From Sphingorhabdus sp. (lineage in GTDB: Bacteria > Pseudomonadota > Alphaproteobacteria > Sphingomonadales > Sphingomonadaceae), in assembly GCF_023910635.1 (NCBI RefSeq), contig NZ_JAAVVZ010000008.1:45431-109430 (forward strand): a stretch of DNA of 64,000 nt, written 5' to 3'. Each line of letters opens with the position of its first letter. Position 1 is the stretch's first letter. The position numbers and the translations under genes are program-made. Shown piece by piece: positions 58,394 through 64,000 of this stretch. The notes under the pieces were generated by a model. That model was not told the origin of the DNA and searched no databases. It was given only the letters and a program-made list of their open reading frames with translations.

Positions 58394-58408
58394 TGATATA
58401 TTATAACA
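58394..58408. promoter_or_regulatory. Zur/Fur-family-like AT-rich palindrome upstream of the TonB-dependent receptor
   Basis: TGATATATTATAACA is a 15-bp palindrome with one mismatched pair. Its reverse complement TGTTATAATATATCA differs at one position from the TGTTATAATATAACA core of proteobacterial Zur boxes. It lies 52 nt upstream of the receptor ATG. Confidence 0.4.
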
Positions 58409-58512
58409 ATACTCGAAATGCTTTTTGCGATAATAACCGCCTTTGGCCCGTATATTGTCCTGACCCTAGACCGTCTTGCGATTGGCCATGAACGCGCCTA
58501 GCTATCAGCGGT

Positions 58513-59505
58513 ATGAACACGCTCGGCTCAACACTTGATTTGATTGGCAACACCCCCCTCGTCCGCCTGAAAGGGCCAAGCGAGGAAGCCGGATGCGATA
58601 TTTTTGGCAAATGCGAATATGTGAACCCTGGTGCGTCGGTAAAGGACCGCGCCGCGCTTTACATCGTCCGCGACGCCGAACGGCAGGGGCTGTTGAAGCC
58701 CGGCGGGACAATCGTCGAGGGCACGGCCGGTAACACGGGCATTGGCCTTGCTTTGGTGTGCAATGCGCTTGGGTATAAGACGATCATCGTCATGCCTGAA
58801 ACGCAGAGTCAGGAGAAAAAGGACACGCTGCGCGCTTTGGGTGCAGAGCTCGTGCTTGTGCCAGCTGCGCCTTATGCGAACCCGGGGCATTTTGTGCACA
58901 CATCACGCCGGCTCGCGGAGGAGACCGAAAATGCCGTCTGGGCAAACCAGTTCGACAATATTGCCAACCGCCGCGCGCATATTGAAACGACTGCCGAAGA
59001 AATCTGGACGCAGATGGGCGGCAAAATTGACGGATTCATATGCGCCGCTGGCACGGGCGGGACGATCGCTGGCGTCGGGCTTGGGCTAAAGGCAAAGGAT
59101 GAGGGCGTCACCATCGCTCTGGCCGATCCGCATGGTGCGGCGCTCTATAACTATTATTCCTGCGGCGAATTAAGCGCAGAAGGCAGTTCTGTCGCTGAAG
59201 GCATTGGGCAGGGACGCATCACCGCCAATCTCGACGGCGCGCCCATTGATACGCAATTCCGTATTTCCGATGAGGAGGGCCTTGTCTGGGTCCGGCGGCT
59301 TTTGGCGGAGGAGGGGCTCTGCCTTGGGCTGTCTTCGGGGATCAACGTCGCAGGTGCCATTGCGCTGGCAAAGCATCTGGGGCCTGGTAAGCGTATCGTG
59401 ACGATATTATGTGATACGGGCTTTCGCTATTTGTCCACCATTTATAATCCGGCGTGGATGCGCAGCAAAAACCTGCCCGTGATGCCGTGGCAGCAAGACA
59501 GCTAA
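58513..59505 (+). CDS. cysteine synthase A-family PLP enzyme
   Basis: 330 aa with LIGNTPLVRL, the PLP lysine context NPGASVKDR, and GTAGNTGIGLA and GTGGTIAG loops. Confidence 0.85.
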   Translation: MNTLGSTLDLIGNTPLVRLKGPSEEAGCDIFGKCEYVNPGASVKDRAALYIVRDAERQGLLKPGGTIVEGTAGNTGIGLALVCNALGYKTIIVMPETQSQEKKDTLRALGAELVLVPAAPYANPGHFVHTSRRLAEETENAVWANQFDNIANRRAHIETTAEEIWTQMGGKIDGFICAAGTGGTIAGVGLGLKAKDEGVTIALADPHGAALYNYYSCGELSAEGSSVAEGIGQGRITANLDGAPIDTQFRISDEEGLVWVRRLLAEEGLCLGLSSGINVAGAIALAKHLGPGKRIVTILCDTGFRYLSTIYNPAWMRSKNLPVMPWQQDS

Positions 59506-59535
59506 AAGCCATATTGGGGTTTAAGGAGAACGCAG

Positions 59536-59823
59536 ATGGTCGAACAAAAGCAATCCGCAATTCAGCGTATTCAGGTAGGGCTGGTCGGGCTCGTCGTCGT
59601 GCTTTTGTTCGTGACATTGGCCAATATGGTCCTTGACCGGGTGAGTGACGGGCCACAAACAGGCGGCGTCCCTGAAACTGCACCCCTGACAGCGGACAAG
59701 GACGCGACGCCGGATGAACCGCTGGCGGAGCTGGGCGTTACACCGGTGGCCAAGGAGACCGACGCCGAAAGAGCCGCCAAGGATGCAGCGCAAACGCCGC
59801 GTTCATCCGCGCCCGCACGGTAA
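59536..59823 (+). CDS. hypothetical membrane-anchored protein
   Basis: 95 aa with one TM (VGLVGLVVVLLFVTLANMVL) and a Pro/Ala/Asp-rich tail. GGAGAA lies upstream of the ATG. Confidence 0.45.
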   Translation: MVEQKQSAIQRIQVGLVGLVVVLLFVTLANMVLDRVSDGPQTGGVPETAPLTADKDATPDEPLAELGVTPVAKETDAERAAKDAAQTPRSSAPAR

Positions 59824-59833
59824 TATTTGCTTG

Positions 59834-60664
59834 GTGATTGATAGATTGGCCCAGTTCGGCGGTAGAAAGTGGCTGCTTGTCGCTTTGTTGGCGGCATTTG
59901 CGCTTTTGCTTTTGCTCGCTGGCTTTGCCACTACGCGTCCAACAGACAGTCGGCCAAAGCCGCCCTTGGGGCTGATGACTACGCTGCCGCTGGTATGGAG
60001 CGAGGGAGGTATTGAGGCGGATCTGGCCAAGGACGCCGCCCCGCATCCCGCCTTTACGCGTCTCAGCGTGCATTATGACATCACGCCCATCGACGATCTG
60101 GAGACTTGGGCGTCAAGGCCTAAGCACATGCTTCTGCTCGCGCAACCGCGGGCCTTTGCACCACGCGAATTGGCCTCGATCGACAACTGGGTTCGGCAGG
60201 GTGGCCTTGTGTTGATACTTGCCGACCCCGCTTTGCAATGGGGAAGCCTTTACCCCTTGGGCGATAAACGGCGTCCGTTGTTTACGTCGATGCTGTCGCC
60301 CTTGTTAAACTATTGGGGGGTGGAGTTGGTCTTGCCGCTTGAGGACGAGGGGCCTGCTTCCATGCGCAAGATTGGCGTGTTCAATATCCGGACGGTAACA
60401 CCTGGGGAATGGCTGCCCAAACAGAGCACTGCCAAGAACCGCTGCGCAATATTGGCGAAAGGCCTTTTGGCGGATTGCCGGATTGGCACAGGGCGCGCTA
60501 TTCTTGTGGCCGATGCCGATTTTCTCGATGCCGCCTTTTGGGAAGGGCGGGGGATGCGGATACTCACCGGCAAGGATGAATTTGCCAATATAGCCCTGCT
60601 GCAAGCGCTTTTGACAGCTCTGCAAGGCAATAAGGGGCTGGACGGGGATTTTGTGGGAAAATGA
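59834..60664 (+). CDS. hypothetical membrane-anchored protein (DUF4350/GldG-like pattern)
   Basis: GTG 59834 or TTG 59831 start, just after the preceding stop. One TM, then LLLAQPRAFAPRELASIDNWVRQGGLVLILADP and ILVADADFLD, reminiscent of DUF4350-type folds. Not verified. Confidence 0.5.
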   Translation: MIDRLAQFGGRKWLLVALLAAFALLLLLAGFATTRPTDSRPKPPLGLMTTLPLVWSEGGIEADLAKDAAPHPAFTRLSVHYDITPIDDLETWASRPKHMLLLAQPRAFAPRELASIDNWVRQGGLVLILADPALQWGSLYPLGDKRRPLFTSMLSPLLNYWGVELVLPLEDEGPASMRKIGVFNIRTVTPGEWLPKQSTAKNRCAILAKGLLADCRIGTGRAILVADADFLDAAFWEGRGMRILTGKDEFANIALLQALLTALQGNKGLDGDFVGK

Positions 60665-60726
60665 AGGACGATGAGAAAAATGGTGCCGCAATCACCCGCA
60701 AAGCCACCGATTTTGGCGTTTTGGGT

Positions 60727-60854
60727 TCCATAAAATCCCTTCCATTATGCCACCTGCATTTGGAGCGATGTACAAGAAGTAACGGAATTTCGACGTTTTG
60801 CCAAAAATGAGATAATTTTTCCATAAAATCCCTCTTTTCATCCATGAAATCCCT
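60727..60854 (+). promoter_or_regulatory. three 14-bp direct repeats upstream of mraZ (candidate dcw operator)
   Basis: TCCATAAAATCCCT at 60727-60740 and 60820-60833, and TCCATGAAATCCCT at 60841-60854. The last two are 21 bp apart, and the last ends 112 nt before mraZ. Confidence 0.35.
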
Positions 60855-60965
60855 TGCTATACACAGTCATCAAGGGGTGGATTCCTGATTCTATCGGTCG
60901 TTACGGCGTCCGCATGGCGATATGCTTCGCCATGATTAGAGATCTGCGCCCTTTTTTCGGAGGGG

Positions 60966-61463
60966 GTGCGGTTAGTGTCAGCGTTGGTCGTCTTTGCAGG
61001 TTCGGGGGTGTCAAATGTCGACGCCAAAGGCCGCACGACCATTCCTGCAGAACTGCGCGACAGCGTCCAGCAATCCAGCGGCAGCAACAGCGTGTGTATA
61101 TCGCGCCATTCCACCCTGCCTTGCCTGATTGGCTTTGGCGGCTCCGAGCGGCTTAAGCTGCGCGCCGATATCGAGGCGCAATGGCAAAGCGCCGTTAATC
61201 GCGGTACCGAATTTGACCGCGAAATCGCAGGCGTTTCAGCATCCTCCATTTTCGAGACTGCATTTGAAGCCAGTGGCCGCTTTGTGCTTTCGCCGATGCT
61301 CAAGCATTTCGGTCGCATTGAAGATCGCGCCTTCTTTTTTGGTGCGACAACGCATTTCATGCTGTGGAACCCCGACGTCTTCCTGAAAGAAGCGCCTGCG
61401 GCATTTAATCCCGTTAAGGATGAGCTAAATTATTGGCTGTCCCAGACAAAGCGGGACAAATGA
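60966..61463 (+). CDS. mraZ: division/cell-wall cluster transcriptional regulator MraZ
   Basis: Two SpoVT/AbrB-like halves ([14 protein letters not shown] and [15 protein letters not shown]). The start is uncertain (GTG 60966, GTG 60975 or TTG 60984). Confidence 0.83.
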   Translation: MRLVSALVVFAGSGVSNVDAKGRTTIPAELRDSVQQSSGSNSVCISRHSTLPCLIGFGGSERLKLRADIEAQWQSAVNRGTEFDREIAGVSASSIFETAFEASGRFVLSPMLKHFGRIEDRAFFFGATTHFMLWNPDVFLKEAPAAFNPVKDELNYWLSQTKRDK

Positions 61464-62416
61464 ACGCTCCAGCTCCCCATATTCCAGTCTTACTGGATGA
61501 AGTAATTCACTCTCTTGCCATCACCCCTGGCGCTGAGATCGTGGATGGTACCTTCGGTGCAGGTGGATACAGCCAAGCGATACTGGCTGGCGGTGCGCGC
61601 GTTTACGCGTTCGACCGTGATCCCGATGCCCTTAAAGAAGGTGCGGACCTTGCGGGCCGCAGTGAAGGCGCTTTGCGTCTTTACGCGGCCTGTTTTTCTA
61701 ACATGGACGATGTCTTGATGGCCGACGGCATTACGTCGGTCGATGGCGTCGTATTAGATATCGGCGTTTCGTCGATGCAGCTTGATCGCGCTGAGCGCGG
61801 CTTTTCTTTCCAAAAGGATGGCCCGCTTGATATGCGCATGGGTCAGGACGGCATGACGGCGGCAGACTTCGTCAACGAAGCCGAAGAGGCTGACATTGCA
61901 GACATTATTTACCGATATGGCGAAGAGCATCGTTCGCGCCGCATCGCGCGTTCGATTGTCGCTGCGCGGCCCATAGAAACCACCGCGCAATTGGCCGCGA
62001 TTGTCCGCAAGGCCGTTGGTCACAAGCCCGGCGCGCCGAAAGACCCCGCTACCCGCGCCTTTCAAGCCATTCGCATTCATGTGAACCGCGAATTGGACGA
62101 GCTGACCGACGGCCTTGAGGCTGCCGAACGCATGTTGAAACCAGGTGGCCGCTTGGCTGTCGTCACCTTCCACAGTCTTGAAGACCGCATCGTAAAGCAA
62201 TTTTTGCGCCGCCGTAGTGGCGCAGAAGCCGCAGGTTCGCGTCATGTGCCATTGGTTGGCCGCGACGGCCCGGACCCCACTTTTGATAAAGCTGACAAGG
62301 CAGTCCGGCCATCGGACGCTGAACTGGCCCGTAATCCACGGTCACGTTCGGCAACCTTACGTTCCGCAACCCGCACACACGCCGCCGCATGGGCAACAGG
62401 AGGACTTGCAGCATGA
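61460..62416 (+). CDS. rsmH: 16S rRNA (cytosine1402-N4)-methyltransferase
   Basis: ATG 61460 overlaps the mraZ stop (ATGA). Contains [33 protein letters not shown] and [10 protein letters not shown]. Confidence 0.93.
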   Translation: MNAPAPHIPVLLDEVIHSLAITPGAEIVDGTFGAGGYSQAILAGGARVYAFDRDPDALKEGADLAGRSEGALRLYAACFSNMDDVLMADGITSVDGVVLDIGVSSMQLDRAERGFSFQKDGPLDMRMGQDGMTAADFVNEAEEADIADIIYRYGEEHRSRRIARSIVAARPIETTAQLAAIVRKAVGHKPGAPKDPATRAFQAIRIHVNRELDELTDGLEAAERMLKPGGRLAVVTFHSLEDRIVKQFLRRRSGAEAAGSRHVPLVGRDGPDPTFDKADKAVRPSDAELARNPRSRSATLRSATRTHAAAWATGGLAA

Positions 62417-63006
62417 GTCTCGCTATCAAAAGACTTCAGAATCTCGGCTGGTTGGCTTTGGTTTTCATGGTTGCCATTCTGTTGTATCCCTTGTCGCTCA
62501 ATGTTGCGGCGACGCACGGCGATCTTGTGTCGGTTGATCGAGAAATTCTTGAAACAAAGAGGGAAATCAGCTTTCTTCAAGCGGAAATCCGAACGCGCGC
62601 CAGCCTTCAGCAGCTGGAGGAATGGAATGAGCTTTTGTACGGCTATCAGCCACCATCGGCGCAACAATTTGTTAGTGGTGAAGCTGCGCTTGCAGAACTG
62701 ACCGGAGATCTGCAACAGACGAAACCAGTGATGATGGCTTCTGCAGATATCGACGTCGCGCCAAGCGCGAATCAGGCGAACCCTGCACCAACGATTGAGG
62801 CCGTAGTGAAAAAGTCGACCGCGATTGCAACGGCCGTTGCGGCCCCGATTTTCGCCGAGCCGGCAAAGCGCGCCGCGCCAAAACCTTTGGCGCCAAAGGT
62901 TGAACAGACCCGGACCGAGCGACTGGCGCGTATGGACGAAACGCTTTTGTCCGACGATCTGTTAAGGGACATTTCCGCTAAGTCCGCGAACGAACGCCGC
63001 CGGTAA
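62413..63006 (+). CDS. ftsL: cell division protein FtsL (alphaproteobacterial type)
   Basis: ATG 62413 overlaps the rsmH stop. One TM ([17 protein letters not shown]) followed by a coiled coil ([29 protein letters not shown]). Position between rsmH and ftsI. Confidence 0.7.
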   Translation: MSLAIKRLQNLGWLALVFMVAILLYPLSLNVAATHGDLVSVDREILETKREISFLQAEIRTRASLQQLEEWNELLYGYQPPSAQQFVSGEAALAELTGDLQQTKPVMMASADIDVAPSANQANPAPTIEAVVKKSTAIATAVAAPIFAEPAKRAAPKPLAPKVEQTRTERLARMDETLLSDDLLRDISAKSANERRR

Positions 63007-64000
63007 TGAACCCCCAACTGGCCCGCACAACCACTCGGAAAAGCGGCATCAACCCGCCACCATTTGCGGCGCACGGGTTTTGGCGCATGCTTATCCTGTT
63101 GCTGGCATTTGGCATGTTTGTCGTGCTGTTGATTGGTCGCCTTGCCACCTTGGCATTGTTTGAGAGCACGCGGGCATATGGTGCGACGAGCACTGAATAT
63201 GTCCCTGAACGGGGCGACATTGTGGACCGCAACGGCATTCCTTTGGCGCGCAGCATCTATGGCTATGCGATCTGGGTAAAGCCAGAAGATATTCTGGGCA
63301 ATCGCAAGCAATTGGCGAACCAATTAGCGGGAATCTTCCCGGATACACCAGCTTCTGAATTTTATGCCAAATTGACCGCAGGCAAGCCCGGCTATCTGCG
63401 GAAACGCGCGTTGCCAGAGCAAGTTCGGCAGGTGCACAGCCTTGGCGAAATCGCCATCGAGTTCCCGCGTGAGGCCACGCGCTTATATCCGCAGCATGAT
63501 ATGGCGGCGCATGTCTTGGGCTTTGTAAATCGCGATGGCAAAGGTGCGATGGGCATGGAACGGGTCATGAATGACTATCTGCGTGACCCGTCAAAGCGTT
63601 CTGCGCCGTTGAACCTTGCGTTGGATGTCCGCGTGCAAGCCGCGCTTGAAAGCGAGCTTGCATCCGGCATGGCTGCAACGACTGCCAAGGGTGCGGCGGG
63701 CGTGATCCTGGATGTGCAAACGGGCGAAGTCATCGCCATGGCCACCCTGCCATCATTCAACCCAAACCGGCCATCTTTCGCCAACATCCCCGACCTTGGG
63801 GAAAATATAGTCGATGGCCGCTACCCGATTTCGCGGCAAACCAATAATGTCACCAACCGTGTCTATGAACTTGGATCTACGTTTAAGCCACTGACGGTGG
63901 CAGCGGCGATGGACGCGGGAACGGTGCGCGACCTGTCTTTGCGTTATGATGCCACCAGGCCGCTTCAGGTCGGCAAGTTCAAAATTCGGGACTCGCACCC
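63006..64000 (+). CDS. ftsI: peptidoglycan D,D-transpeptidase FtsI / PBP3 (partial, continues past window)
   Basis: ATG 63006 overlaps the ftsL stop (TAATG). TM, then the PBP dimerisation domain (ERGDIVDRNGIPLA, RLYPQHDMAAHVLGFV) and the transpeptidase SxxK motif in ELGSTFKP. No stop in the window. Confidence 0.9.
   Translation, partial: MNPQLARTTTRKSGINPPPFAAHGFWRMLILLLAFGMFVVLLIGRLATLALFESTRAYGATSTEYVPERGDIVDRNGIPLARSIYGYAIWVKPEDILGNRKQLANQLAGIFPDTPASEFYAKLTAGKPGYLRKRALPEQVRQVHSLGEIAIEFPREATRLYPQHDMAAHVLGFVNRDGKGAMGMERVMNDYLRDPSKRSAPLNLALDVRVQAALESELASGMAATTAKGAAGVILDVQTGEVIAMATLPSFNPNRPSFANIPDLGENIVDGRYPISRQTNNVTNRVYELGSTFKPLTVAAAMDAGTVRDLSLRYDATRPLQVGKFKIRDSH

Noticed and set aside
58343-58512. 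Cobalamin or other riboswitch in the TonB-receptor leader
   Set aside because: The leader is short. It shows no B12-box (no CAGTGGC on this strand, i.e. no GCCACUG in the transcript) and no extended conserved helices. An AT-rich metalloregulator-type palindrome explains the region better.

Overview
A 64-kb stretch of GC-rich alphaproteobacterial chromosome. Gene content (gcrA, split atpF/atpF', petABC, cpa/tad) and the intergenic repeat families look Sphingomonadales-like, but that is inference only. I call about 62 protein genes and 2 tRNAs (Gly-TCC, Gln-TTG). Nearly all genes are housekeeping: GNAT-hemF-trmL, cytochrome bc1 (petABC), class II DAHP synthase, ilvE, hisE, a HIT protein, two transporters, radC, ydbH-ynbE-ydbL, the F0 half of ATP synthase (atpI-B-E-F'-F), uvrC, recO, leuB, metZ, apaG, parE, gcrA, a maiA/FAH tyrosine-catabolism group, a Cpa/Tad pilus locus, rnhA-thrB-ispH, argS, SPOR proteins, nagZ-scpA-scpB-tatABC, an entericidin-like lipoprotein, a TonB-dependent receptor, a cysK-like gene, and the start of the dcw cluster (mraZ-rsmH-ftsL-ftsI, truncated at the window end). 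I saw no rRNA, CRISPR, transposase, integrase, phage or recognisable defence genes, and I cannot point to a clear new multi-gene system. The unusual signals are structural. (1) At least two MITE-like families plus several REP-type palindromes fill many intergenic gaps; some supply stop codons and some carry tandem 19- or 22-bp arrays at one end. (2) A recent segmental duplication fused the promoter, leader and signal peptide of a lipoprotein gene to the 3' part of a SPOR-domain gene, leaving an ispH 5' stub. (3) The Cpa/Tad locus has all envelope and platform genes but no CpaF/TadA ATPase and no Flp pilin. (4) uvrC carries a hairpin-rich 108-bp in-frame segment bounded by 19-bp direct repeats. 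(5) There are candidate operators: 10-bp-phased TTACA repeats upstream of an orphan atypical response regulator, a Zur/Fur-like palindrome upstream of a His-rich TonB receptor, and three 14-bp direct repeats upstream of mraZ. All functional calls come from reading the translated ORFs and motifs by eye; no database search was run.
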